From positions 9,024,001 through 9,088,000 of the forward strand of contig CP068257.2 in assembly GCA_009914755.4 (NCBI GenBank): 64,000 nt of DNA. The letters are read 5' to 3'. This stretch comes from the human T2T-CHM13v2.0 reference genome, Homo sapiens. The notes under the pieces are model-generated. The model saw nothing but the letters and a program-made list of their open reading frames with translations, did no database searches and was not told the origin of the DNA. Position numbers and translations under genes: made by a program. Numbering within the stretch: the first letter of the stretch is position 1; each line of letters opens with the position of its first letter. Below, piece by piece: positions 40,401-54,000 of this stretch.

Positions 40401-43400
40401 GGGTGGAGGGATTGATAGAGAGGTAGTGTAAACTAGCTGCTGAATATAAATATGTATATGTACATATATGTTATGTATTTTACATATTACTGATTATATC
40501 ATAAATATTCAAGTACTGACAGTCTTTTTCTGGTGCCTTCGCTACAATAGTGTTTTTATTTTGTTCTGTATACTTAAATTTTATGGAAAATGAAGTGAAG
40601 CAATGTTTTTAAAGCTCTTTACTGTTAAGCTGTCACCTGATGTATAGTAGTTGCAAAATTCATGGACATTGAGAAAACCTTTTCATTAAAGGTACCAACT
40701 TCAAAAAATGATGTAAAAGAAGTGCTTTTGAGAGCTGAAAGCTGTGGCCACATGGAACAAAAGAATAAATGGTAAGAGTTCTGTGTCATGTTCATATTGA
40801 AGTTTCATGCTTTTATAGCTCAACAGATCAAATGTGATGAACCACTTGGTCCATAAAAGGTTATGGGGCTTTCACTTTCACAAAACTAAAGAATCAAATT
40901 GCTCTTCTTTTAGAAATACCCTGAGAGATTAGAGATTTGGATTTAAAAAAAAAACAACGTCCTACCTTCTGCTACCAATTGTGAGTTGTGGGCTATTAGT
41001 GTCATGGATAGAATATACTTCTTTTAAAAACACCTAAAAGTGCTATATTATGGTAACATCTTATTTTGTCATTAAAAGCTATGAGATGAAGTTCTCTTAC
41101 ATAAAATGTGAATGAGAATACCTGAATTTTTCCATTTTCTTTTGGTTCTGAATTTGTCAACTGAACAAGACACACTGCACCTTCCATTATTATTATTGTG
41201 AAATTAATTTTTCTTAATTGTAATAATGTATTTTAGATTTGAATTACAAAATCTAGAGACTATAGTCTCTACATGATTCTTTGTGAAACATATGACAAAC
41301 ATGATCAAATATGAAATATCTTTGTTAAATATCAATATTTTTCTCTTCTAATCTACTCCTCTGTTCCTCCCTCACTGCCTTATACCCTCCCGGGCCTTCT
41401 TACTGATCCTTGAACATGTCAAATTAGCTGTGTCATGGGGCTTTGCACAGGTTTTTTTCCTTTGCTTAAATGCCCCTTACCAAGAGAACCATGTGACCAA
41501 AATCTTCTTCAATCTCTTAATAAACTATCTTCTTATGGTTAAAATGTCACTCTACCTCCCAATCCTCTTTATAATTTTAACTTTCCTATTATTTCTAAAC
41601 TCACTTTCCTTGTTTCATTTCCCCCAAAATACTTAGCATCCTCAGCATAATATGTAATTTATTATATCTATTTGATTATCATTTGTTGCATATTTTCCAT
41701 TAGCAGGAGTTAAGTTTCATGACGACAGTGATTTTTTATGCTTTGTTCACAGATACCATCCAAATTCCTTCTATGGTTAAAGACATGTAATGGGTACTCA
41801 CAATATTTTTTGAATGAATGCTGCTGTAAAATGTAATACATTTATTTGTATGTATTATAGGAAAAGGTTTCATATATGAGGGGACTTCAAAAACTTCACC
41901 AAGAAATTAAACTTAAAAATAAAAATCTAAGTATGAACTTTGTCTCTTACTATGAGCTAAGACGCTTTTGTAAGCAATGACAGCAACGATTTAGTTCATC
42001 TCTAAATAAATGATGGTCCTAAGAATTTAACCATGTCAAGGTAGTCTTTTTTACATTATTAATTAAATAAAATTCACGCCCTTTACAGATGTTTTTCAAA
42101 TTAGGAAAGAAACGAAGTCAGAAGAAGCCAAATCAGAACCCTAAGGGGGATGCCTAATGATTTTCCATTAAAACTCTCACAAAATTGCCCTTGTTAATGA
42201 GAGTAATGAGCAGAAGCATTGTTATGGCAGAGAGGGACTCTCTGATGAAGTTTGGCTGGGTGTTTGTGTGTTAAAGCATTGACTAACTTTCTCAAACACT
42301 CATAATAAGCAGGATTTATAGTTTTTGAACTTCCAGAGAATAAGCAAAGAGCCACGAGCATCCCAAAAAATGATGCCATGCCTTTGCTCTTGATCAGTCC
42401 ACTTTTACTTTGACTGGACCACTTCCAACTCTTGATAGCCATTAGTTTATTTGTGCTTTGTCTTCAGGATAATATTGGTATAGCTATGTTTTATCTCCTG
42501 TTACAATTCTCTTAAGAAAGCCTTCAGGATCTTGATCTCACTTCTTTAAAATTTTCACTGAATGTTTTGCTCTTGTCTGCAGCTGACCCAGGAACAAGTT
42601 TTGGGATCTATTAAATGGAAAGTTGGCACAACTTTAATTTTTTAGTAGTCAGAATTGTGTAAGGTTAACCAGTTGAGATGTCTGTGGTGTTGTGCACTGT
42701 TTCTGCTGTTAATTGTTGTTTTTCTTCAATTAGGGCATGAACAAGGTATTTTATTTCTAACAAATTGATGTGGATGGTCTGACGCTGTGGGCTTCAACAT
42801 TGTCTTGTCCCTTCTTAAAACAAGTTAACCACTTGCACACTGCTCATTTCTCTAGGTTATTGTCCTCCTAAACTTTTCATAAAGCATCAATGATTCATTA
42901 TTTTTCTACACAACCTTCACCATAAATTTGATATTGGTTCTTCCTTCATTTGAATAGAATACATGTTACTTTTCTAGGGGCTCTTTTCAAACTGATACCT
43001 TTTTCTTCTTAATGCCTCAAACTAGATACTGTTCAAACATGTTATAAAAAGTTAGTACAAGTTTATTACTATGCAAAAGTTTTGAAATTCATGAGTATTT
43101 TTTCATAGTGTGTATTTTTTCCATTATCATTTTAAAGACCCTTCACCAAACCTCAAATCTTATTTTGCTTAACTTGCATCTGTCAAGTGTATTTTTCTAT
43201 AAAATAATGTTAGTGTCTTTTCTCCATTTACTTGATTTAAATATTTTGCCACTTATCTTACCAGAAGACGATGCAAAGTAACTGAAGGCTAACATAGATT
43301 TCTTTAATGTAAGTAATATTAATATATATGACCAAGCCATTTACAATTTCTATCATGTCTACTGTAAAATATGTATGCAAATATGGTGATTTTGATTAAT

Positions 43401-46400
43401 GTATTTATTAAAAAATCTTCAACGGAAAGCTGTTTAACCTGTAACATGGATGAGTATTTGACAAAAAAATTAATAAGTATGCATCCTTTCAAAAACTCAG
43501 CATATGTGTTTTGAGTATGTAAAGAATGCCAAGTATTGGACGACGTTATGAGAATATATAAGAATACAAGACAATCAAGATGGCTGCTTTTAGGAAACTT
43601 ATATTTGGAGGGATTAAAATAATCAACATTTAGGAATAAATGGAAGTTTCATTACAATTAAATATAAAATAAATAAATAATCACTAGTTACAAAAGTCAT
43701 TTTTTAAACTAGAAAATAGCTAACATTTTATTTACACATACCCAAGGAAAAATGCTATTAATAGATACATTTCTGAAGAATAATATATATGTAAATGCAC
43801 ATTTTATCAGAAAGTGGCACAATATTTTAGATCTTTACAAATAGTCCAGTGGTTGTTCAATCATTCAGTTTAATATTTGTTCATCCATGGAGGGTTATTC
43901 CAGTACCAATTATTCTATCATGGCAATAAGTAGAAGTCTCCATGCTTCTTAAAATATAACAAAGTTTTATGTGATATTGCCTTTGTAAAATGAATACTTT
44001 CACTAGTTTTAAAACAACTGAGTAGATATGAGGAAACCATGTGATTCTGAAATACTAAAGTCACATAAAATAGATATTGTTTTCTAGGAAAGTCATCTGA
44101 CAAAGGACGGATTCCTAGTAATAGAAACCATTTGAGAAATTGTTGAAATTAGACAAGCAATGATTAGGACATGAAATGGAACAGTAGTTGTAGGAATGAA
44201 AATAGAATGTTTAATATTGTAATATGAAAATGTTATACAATTTTTTATTTCCAGTATATTTAAGCATTTCCAAATATACGAAACTACGGTGATTCTGAGA
44301 TGCCTAGAGCAGGAACTGTGTTGTCATAAGCCTATTTATTTTAATATAGACCGTTGAATTTTTAAACCCAACACATCATAGTGACAGTTCTAAAATGCCC
44401 TTGGGCTTCAAAACTGTTAAAAATGTTTCCCCTGTCCTGATTCTATTTCATGAATCTATATATTGCAGTTTCTTTTTACAGCCTAATTAGAGAATTAAGA
44501 TTTACAAAGGCCCGGAAGTCAAATCAATGCAAAGAGAACACTGTAATTTGTTTCCCTGGGTCATATGAGTGAGTTGTGATCAAGAGTCAAAAAATTATGG
44601 TTGAAACTGTTGCCAGTGAGAGATTAACACCCAGAGGATGAAACTTTAGATAAGACACTATACTAAAGTAAGCAAGCAAGCAGGTTATTGAACAGTACAT
44701 AATTAAGGTTGGAGACTACAGGTATTGACAAATGAGAACATAGGCCAAGTAGTTTCCTAGAAATTACAGATTAAGGCTCATGACATTTATTTTTCTCCAG
44801 ATAATATTATGATGCTTAATTTGTAGGAGGCATGCAATGTGTTGTTGCTGACTATAAAATTAATGCTCTTCCCTCTTCTGCAAAAATCCAAAACGTTCAA
44901 TGAGGTATGAGAGTCATATTATTTAAAAGTTCCACATTTTCCTAACAGATTTTTCACTCACCAAATTCTCATGTAACAAGTATTAAGTCAGGTGGATTAT
45001 ATTTGGGATCACTCAAAACTTGTTCCTATCACTGCCTCACACCCATTCTTACGTATGTGTACTATAAATGATGGTGTCTGGATAATGATTACTGACCCAT
45101 ATGCAGCTCCCAAACCACAGCAAACTTTGGAAATTCCACTACAAGGTCCAGATGCTGTATACTGTATATGTAAACTGTTTCAGGAAGGAAGATTGCATAT
45201 TAATAACATAGTCTATGTGGGTTATCTCTGCAGGCTAGTGAACATTTTGCAGAAGTAGTTCTTGGGGAAAGCAAATTGTATGCAGACAACTAGAGTGTTC
45301 CAAGTTTATTTCAACCTACGGCTACATTACATGTTTAGTCTTATCATAATTAGTATTTTTGTTTCAATTATTAAAATCTCTCCATTTTTATAAATTACTT
45401 ATTTTATTAATATCTTTCAAAGATAAAAATAAATCTGAAGTATCAAGCTGTGTATTCTAGATACTGCAGAATATTATGTCATTTTTATGTGCTCAAACTG
45501 AACTTCCTTCTGATTGTATAGAGTACAGAATAGCAATTGACATTTTTTGGAAAAGTGTAAAAATCAAAACGTTGGTAAATGAAGACCACCACCAACCAAA
45601 ATTTATATCTAGTAGTAGATATATACAACTTAAAAAAATACTAGCATTTATTAAGTTTTACTGCTTATTATAGTTATTAATTCAATTTAACTATTTACCA
45701 ATCATGTGTTTTCTAGGCACCTCCTATGAACCAGGATCTGTACTTGGTGTCCCAGTTATAAAGTAAAACAGCCTGTCCTTCCTGCACTCAAGGAGACAGC
45801 TCCATAAGCAGGGAGCTTGTTAAAAATGCAGAATTTGGGGAACTATTCACATGGATTTTTACTAAGTTACATTGAAAAAAGCCTGGGACTAGCTACGATC
45901 TCCTCTCTGGTGATTTGGATGTGATAGTCTCTTAAGCATATTTTGAAATATACTCGCCCAAAGAATGGAGAAAGACCCAGCCGGCCCTCCTCATGTGGCT
46001 GCTGAGGGAGCTATATGTATAATTAAAAAACTGCCGAAAACAAAGTCTCCTGTTCTGTTTTTTTTTCATTTACTTTTTTCTACCACTTCAGTTCACATCT
46101 TATTTTCTTCCATTTAATAGTTTTCTGCTGTTAGCCAAGGAAACAGGAAATTTGAATGCTCCATTCCACACCAAATGAATCAGGACCTCCAGGTGAAAAA
46201 AAAAAAAAGTGGAGATCTGCTTTTTCTTCTTTTTCTTTCTTCTTTTCATTAATCTCTATTTGGAGAAACACTGGTCTTGGAAATGAATTGACAAATAACA
46301 TGACCTTAGACAAATCAATTAAGTTTCTTGACCCCTGACTCTTTTTTCATCTGTATAATGCTATTTTTACTAAGGATTTATTAATGTTCTTCCAGCTCTG

Positions 46401-47038
46401 ATATTTTCTTATTGATTCTAATTACATTTCAGATTTATTCATTTTCTTTTTGATACAAATTCCTTTGATGGGAATCTCTTTAAACAAAAGCTTTGAGATT
46501 TTAAAAAATTGTAATCTTTGATAACTTCTACATTTATAATCCTCATTTTAAATTTTCTCTTGTTTACCACTAGTTAATCTTCAAGTCTTGAAGACAGCTC
46601 AGATTGGAAAATATATGAAAGCCCATGAAAGCCCAGTTCTTGTTTCTTTCCTATTTGCATTTGCTTTTTATAGAAATCTGGAAAAATTAACAAATTTTAA
46701 AATGGTTTGTAATAATTATTTCATTTATCTTTTCTAGGGTTTCTAATTGCTTTTCATTCATTGGAGATGACAGTTCCAAATATATTCACCTTTTTAAATG
46801 AAGAGGATAGAATTTTAATCGGAAGAATGAGAAAATAAAAGTGCTATGATTAGAAAAACTTGAGGATTATTCTAACCAGCAAGAAAAGATCTTAAAAACT
46901 TCAGAGGAATTGCAGAATTAAAAAAAATATATGTGGCACGAACTCGATTGGATAGATAAATACAGGTAATAGATATCTTTGAGGTAAAATAGGACCTCAA
47001 TTTAAATAGATTAATGTAAGAATTTAAAAAATGCTGAT

Positions 47039-47110
47039 GTAATATATCAATATTACATCAATATATCATAATTATACATCAATAATACATCAATATATCA
47101 ATATTACAAT
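47039..47110. repeat. Imperfect tandem repeat, unit about 10-16 bp (atcaatat(t)acatca)
   Basis: atgtaatatatcaatattacatcaatatatcataattatacatcaataatacatcaatatatcaatattacaataatcc. Confidence 0.6.
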
Positions 47111-50100
47111 AATCCTTTCTGGGCTGAAGGAAATAGAAATAAATAGGAGCAAGCCACAGTGGAAAAAACATACAATCTGTTTCACTAGGTGAGAGGGTTG
47201 TCCTGAAAACATCTGACATCTGGAATGACCTTGTCTCCACGTATGCAAAGTCCTCCAAATATCCTAAGGTTAATATAATGCCATCAAGTAAATGGACTTT
47301 GTTTATATACACGGGAACTTTTTAAGAAATCAAAACAGATTAAAATTCTTGAAAGCAGTATGATTGATCAATAACTAAATCTATCCATAACTGACAATTT
47401 GCACAACCTGGGCAACAAGCATTTTCCAGGAATAAATTGCTATTCATCCATAGTGTGTAAATGACTCTTCCAAAATGATTTTAAGCGATATCACCATCTT
47501 ATTTTTTTCTTCCTGTTCCATCTTCCACTGTCTCAAACTCTCTTTACTTCGTTCTTCAGTAACAGCTTTCATCTGCTTTATTTCCTTTAAATATGTGATA
47601 ATCTCTGCTCATTGACTCTATTTTCCTAAGATACGGTTGTTCTAATTGATTTTACCTCAGCTAACATCAGGAGCATTGTAAAAATTAATAACAATCTTAC
47701 ACAAGAATCTTTCTTAATACTATGAAATATAATCAGGTTTAACATTTTTATAAATGTCTTTGTTTAGAGTAAAACAGGTGATGACATGGCTTTATCATCA
47801 AGGGGTTCACCTCAATGCTAACCTAAAAAGAGAGGAAATTAGTTCTGATATAGGATCCAAACACAATTAAGCATTTTAACTCATCATATAACAATCTCTT
47901 TGTCTCAATCAACTGCTAATCTTCTGTTATACAATGAATTTCCTTCTTTCAATTATTGTCTAAGAAGCATTCTATTTTTGGCATAAAATATTGATTTCCA
48001 TAAACAAAAATTCATGAAGGTACAGCGTAAGTGTGAAGACTTTAGATTTATATATGATTTCTGAGCATGGGCTATTAATTTTGGTTGACTTTGAGAGAAC
48101 ATTTGAATTGATTAGTATTAACTATTTTTAAATCAGTAGAGATAGAGTTATCATATACATATAGATGTGTATATGCATATGTATGTATGTATTTTTCTTC
48201 TTTTTTAAATAATAGGAGTAATGGGACAAGATAAACTCGTGTAGACTAAAGAAACTTGTATAGACTAAAGAAAATAAGTTGGTACATTTGAATTGTAGTA
48301 TACAAAGGTAGAACCTATTATAAATGTATGTATGTATTAAGTATGATGAGTAATAACTATGTCTCTGAAAATCCTTCCTGGAAAATTGTTTTCTCCTAAA
48401 TATGCTGCTGCAGTTAACTTGTATTTTCCTATTAAAACACTATTGCAATATGCTATGTTGCTTGCTTGCTTGAGTACACGTTACTTGAGTTAAACTTTGT
48501 GACAGCAGGGAGGGACCACACCTCTCTTTTTCTCATTTTTTTCTCCAACACCTTTTCTAATATATGAACAGAGTTTTGGCCTCATAAATACCCATTGCAA
48601 TAAATGGGAGGCATATTTTAGGCCCTGGTCATTCCTGCAAAGTCATGCTCAACCTCAACGCCAGTAATCTGGTATGTTATTTTTTGTTATCTTTTTTTCT
48701 AACAGTGGAATAAGTATTGCAGTGATTTTATTTTATTGTATCCTATGTTATGGACCTTGACACTTCCATTGGATACCTTAACACCATCTGTTCTATGCAT
48801 CACTGCAGAGAAAGGTTGATGAAAGATTGATACCTGTCATCTTAGGAAGTCATTTGTGCACTAGTTAAAGCAATTATAAGTGGGATGATAGTCTCTGAAA
48901 AATGTCCATTTTCCTTTTGTAAAGTAATTCTGTTGTTTATGTCATGTCTCCATTGATGAGCCCACTGTCTCTCAAACTATTCACTTGCCTCTTTCTAATT
49001 TTATAATCTCCACACCTTTGGAATTTGCCAACACAACAGAGCATTAGATGATTTTCTTGGACTTCATGCTTGATCTGCTTCAATCTATACTATTTGTTAT
49101 AAACCCTCATGACTGACAGATCAGACCTATCATCTTGGATCCTCTGTAGTAGCATATTTTGTCTTTGACAGATTATAACTTAAAATGGCTGAGAATACTT
49201 TGTCAACTTAAAAATGTATCTGTAATATTTACAAGTATATCATTTTTGTCTTAAGTACTACAAAATAAAGTTAACTATTTTTAACTAGTTGCATTAAAAA
49301 GTGAAAACTGTTTTTCATTTCTAAATATGCTATTCTCTTCTAAGTAAAATAGGATAAAGTACTTTTTATTGAAAATCAAAATTATAAATCTGTTATCTTC
49401 AAACTTACTATGTACTTGTGAGGTTTTTTATGTTAGGGAGTGCTTGAGTATAATGGGAGATCAATATAAAACCTCATTTAGGAAACATTTTTGCATCTAA
49501 AATCATGCCTAATAGAAAGCTCAGGCAGTAGAAGTGGTGAGCATTCCTGATAAAATTCTTCTTTATGAGCAAAAAAAATTCAAGACAAATGTGTTATGAA
49601 TCTGATTTTTTTCATATTTATACCAAAACAAAGAATGTTACATAATGAAGTCATGGGTGGTTTTTACTGAGAGTGTTAAATTGTGGAGAACTAGTTATTT
49701 TCTCATAAGGCTTTTTGTCTGTGATTACTGTTCAGTTACAATTGATGTCCTTAAAGGCAGCGGAAACATCCATATCCACCATATCAGTCACGTTCCAAGT
49801 AGCTGACTGTTGAATACTTGGGGCATTAAGTAAGAGGCATCAGCCAAGAATGTTGAGAAAATTAAAGGGTTGTTAGAATAGAAAGAAAAAAGTTGAAAAA
49901 ATATGGTGAGAAGTGCTGTACAGTACCATCCTTTAACTTTGACAGAAAAGTTGATTTCATCGAGAGTAGAAGAGCGGTTACAGTGTCATTTTTAACGTAA
50001 GTTGAATATGTACTTAATTTTTAGTAGGAATGGGATATCCTCTGAATTTGTAGATAAAGTTATTTTTATTTAATCAGTTTCTACAGCATTTCACCTTTCT

Positions 50101-50194
50101 TATGATCCACTTTATTATGACTATCTATAAATGTTTATCATTTATTATCTTTATATCTTCTTTTAAATTTTCTTATATGGATCTCTTGGAGTGA

Positions 50195-51005
50195 AGCGAC
50201 CAGATGGTAGCCACTTTTTATGAGTAGCTGTGACGTGGGAGTGCTGGGAAGGGAAGGTCGTGGTCCCTTTAAATGATGCAGAAGTGGGGAAGGGAAGTGC
50301 TGGGTAAAGGAGGGCATGGTCCCTGGCTAGGGCATCACCTGCCTTCTGCCCAAATGTTGCATTTCCTAAGACCACCCTCGGCCACTATGCCCCATCCTGT
50401 GTCTGTAAAAATCCCTGAGACCCTAGCAGGCAGACACACAAGCAGCTATACGTAAAGAGGATGTCAAGAGGAGCACGCAGGTGGAAGATACCAGCAGGTC
50501 AGCAGGCCATCGGCCAGCAGAATGATGCAAAATTTGGCCAGAGCAGTTGGAGAAGCTCCACAGCCCCACATCAGGGAAAAACCGTCTCCCTTCTGGCTAC
50601 CTCATCTGCTGAGAGAGACTGCCACTAAATAAAACCTTGTACTAATTCTCCAAGCTCAGGTGTGAGCCAATTCTTCCAGTACATCAAGGCAAGAACCTGG
50701 GGTACAGAAAGCCCTCTGTCCTTGCAACATGGTAGGGGGTGTAACTGAGGTGGTTAACACAAGCCCATAGATGGCAAAACTAAAAGAGCACCCTATATCA
50801 CTCACCCACTGGGGCTTCAGGAGCTGTAAACATTCACCCCCGGACACTGCCGTGGGGTCGGAGCCCCACAGCCTGCCCATCTGTATCCTCCCTGAGAGGT
50901 CTGAGCAGCAGGGCACTGAAGAAGCAAGCCACTTCCCCTGTCACATGCCCTGCAAGGTGGACAAGGAAACCTTTCCCCTTTCAGGTGCTATCACATTACC
51001 TGTAT
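50195..51005. other. GC-richer (about 50-55 percent GC) unclassified block of about 810 bp in otherwise AT-rich DNA. It contains a 28-bp motif repeated at 56-bp spacing and an AATAAA. It is possibly a solo retroviral LTR or another old interspersed repeat.
   Basis: Copy gtgctgggaagggaaggtcgtggtccct at 50241-50268 matches gtgctgggtaaaggagggcatggtccct at 50297-50324 at 21 of 28 positions. The string ctgccactaaataaaaccttgtactaattctcc sits near 50620-50655. There are about 11 CpGs, so this is not a CpG island. Overlapping ORFs on both strands (50163-51007) are consistent with GC-bias artefacts. Confidence 0.3.
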
Positions 51006-54000
51006 AAGTAGTCATTCCATAAATATTTCTTGAACTAAATTTAATAGATTTATTACAGACATTAATTGGAATAAAAAAATGCCTCAAAAGTATGATCATT
51101 TCTTTTCATCTTTTATCTGGGACATAACCAAAATTTAGAAGTTTAATATTAAAAAGATGATTCTCACACAAACCTAGGATAAACATATTTTAAGACTATA
51201 TAGAACTCATTAACGAAGGAACCGAAAAGAAGGTAAAACTGGTTTAAAATACATTTTGTGGAACTGGCATATAATGTGGGAAGAAATGTTAAAATAAGAC
51301 TGCTAGATAAAATACAGCACTTGTTAATGGCCTATAAAACAATATATTAATCTTTCATGTTTTCTTTTCTACAAAGAGACATCTACAAATTGGCATGTAA
51401 ATTCATACAGTGAAAGTTACATATATATAATTGTTTTGTTGGTGTGTTTGAAAGCCAATGTTCATGCTTTAACATTCAAGTTTCAATGTTCAATGTTCAG
51501 CATTGAAAGTTCCTTCCACACTGTGTTTTTTTTTTTTTTGATGTTTTTAATGATTTTCTTAAACAGAATCAATAAACTCTTAAATAAGGCCTAATAAATA
51601 TATCTGCTTTTTCCCCAACTGTTTATATGGAAGAAATCTTAACTCCTTTATCCAAAAGAAAACAACTGCTATCATGTTTGTCTCTCTAGGCTGTGAATGG
51701 TATACTTGACTCCCAAAATCTAAGGGCCAACCATAAACTGCAACCAGAATGTAAGAAGACTTAATGAATTCATTTTCCCAAGAATTTTGCAGAAGAGTCT
51801 CGGTAGAGGAATAATAAGAAATTAGTCACTGCAATATACAGACATTGGTGAATAAAGAGTAATAGATTAGACCTATATAAGGAGTCTGGAGAACAAAAAC
51901 AAAAATGTCTTTACCAGAGCCTTGGGGTGGTGGGAGGGGAGAGGGACACAAGGAGAAGCATATGAATACACAGCCATACTTGGACTGTTTAAATCTCATT
52001 CCAGTAGAATTGAATGACTGATTTGCAAGAACATTGCTAAAAATCAAAAGTATAGGCTGCTCCAAAGTACCCTCTGAATATCTAAAAGATGCTGTGTAAA
52101 TCACGCCCTCCAACATGACTGTATTCATAAATATGTTTACATGCATATGCACAGGCAAAGACATGTCGTCTTATTTGTTAATTACTTCAAGGCGTTAGGT
52201 CTTGGGTTCACTAAATTTTAAAACTTGATATTTTTATATGTTACTGAATCTAAAAGCAAAAAATATGAAAAAGCAAAATCAAATATTTTATAATATAAAG
52301 TGAAAAAAGGGCATTATATCAAATTTGATGTATTGTGATACTAACATGGCACATCTAGTTTAGTCAGATGTCCTGTTAGGCTTCATTGCCTACATGCTAC
52401 CATAATTAGATGTGACAGTTTAGAACATTTTATGTGTTAAAAGACATAAATAGAAGTAAATTCTTTACAATATCAGGCAGGGAATTCTAAGTCAATTGGT
52501 CTGGGCTATCAAACACAAGTGAAAAAATTTCTAAGTGCACTAGAAAAAGGAAAAGCTTAGCTTCGAAAGTTGTGCTAGTGGGGTACTTTAATTATGCTAT
52601 CAAATCATATTTGAAAGACGACTGATTATTTCAATGCTGAAACACATGCACACAAGGGCAAAAGATGATTTTTAAATACAGCAGGCTTCTCTAATTCTTG
52701 TTACACTAACTGACTTAAAATGGCAAATGCAGATTTCATTGTGATGTTGATACTCTCTTCCTTTCCCCGAGGCTTCCTTTGCAACTTTTCTTGCTTGTAA
52801 ATTTTCATCCTATAGCGTTAAGTAAGCATTTAGAGGATTTCACCTGGCATAATTCATTCTTACAGTCAGACTCAGTTATGTGTGCAACAATGGCCTATCT
52901 ATTCTGACATTATCGGAAATGAAGAAATGATTTTTTTTCTTTCAGCAGAGGATAAGCCTCATAAAATCTTTGTTTCAAACACCTTAAGAGTCCCTGTACA
53001 TTTCCTAGCTACTTTTAGCTTAAAGTCTTGCACTGTTTGGTGACGTGTTCAGAGTAAAAAGTATTTTAGGTCCTACAGATTCAAATCAAAAATTGCTATA
53101 AGTCATAGGCAAAAATTAGTGTTTAGATCATCTGTTAGAATATCTGCCAATGACAAGGTTATTTCAATATCTAGATTGATTTTATATGTTGAAAATAAAA
53201 TGCTACAACCCCTTTCTCTGCAGGGCAAATTTAAAAATAAATTTAACCTGTTTATGGGGCATTAATTTAAAAACCAGTTACTTGTTTTACAAATGAGATG
53301 TGGAAGAACTACAGAATGTTAGAATTTAAGTTTTTTTCTTAAAGTATTGAGTCTACTACATCATTTTATTTGTGTATTTTATATTGGGATGAATATACAT
53401 TTAAACAGGAACAAGTAATTTTTCTAAAACATAAATTGAAAAGATAGAAGTGATAATCTCCAATAGGTAGACATAATTTGAGCACACTGATATCACAAGT
53501 TTTAATACCTAGCCTTGTAATTTCTAAAGAATATATTATTAAATGAAAGAAAATTATTATTTAAAAAATAGAGTAAACTTTGCTCCCCTAGACTGACTTC
53601 CGATGTCCTTGATTTTTTTATACTTCCGATTTTAGATAATTTCATCTTCTTCTTTTCTGTTCACAATGTCTTATGCTTCTATGTTGCTAGCCATATTTCA
53701 TCTGTTAATATGTATCTAAAGATATCCAGTGTCCTTTAGATTACATCATTTTCATTGATAACATCCTAATTCCCAGCCCCAAGTTCTTCCTTCAGACAAT
53801 ATTGGGTCTAATTTTAAGAATTTGAGGGAGTAGAAGAACCAGAAAAAGACTTCGTGTTCAGGACAAGGGATACATGTTGTAGTGACACGGTTGAGAGTAT
53901 CAGAAAGTGTATAGAACTAAATTGGCCCCACAATAGTGGAGGGCCCTAATGTTTAACAGCAATGACCCCTACATAGTAGAATTTCAGGAGACAATTTTAT

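Noticed and set aside
50163-51007. Overlapping ORFs on both strands in the GC-richer block
   Set aside because: Bidirectional overlapping ORFs of similar length are typical of locally GC-rich, stop-codon-poor DNA. The block is kept as an unclassified LTR-like feature instead.
51826-52164. The longest ORF in the window (112 aa, minus strand)
   Set aside because: There is no start-context, domain-like composition or flanking splice/CpG features. A length of 112 aa is expected by chance many times in 64 kb of six-frame translation, and there is no second exon-like ORF nearby.
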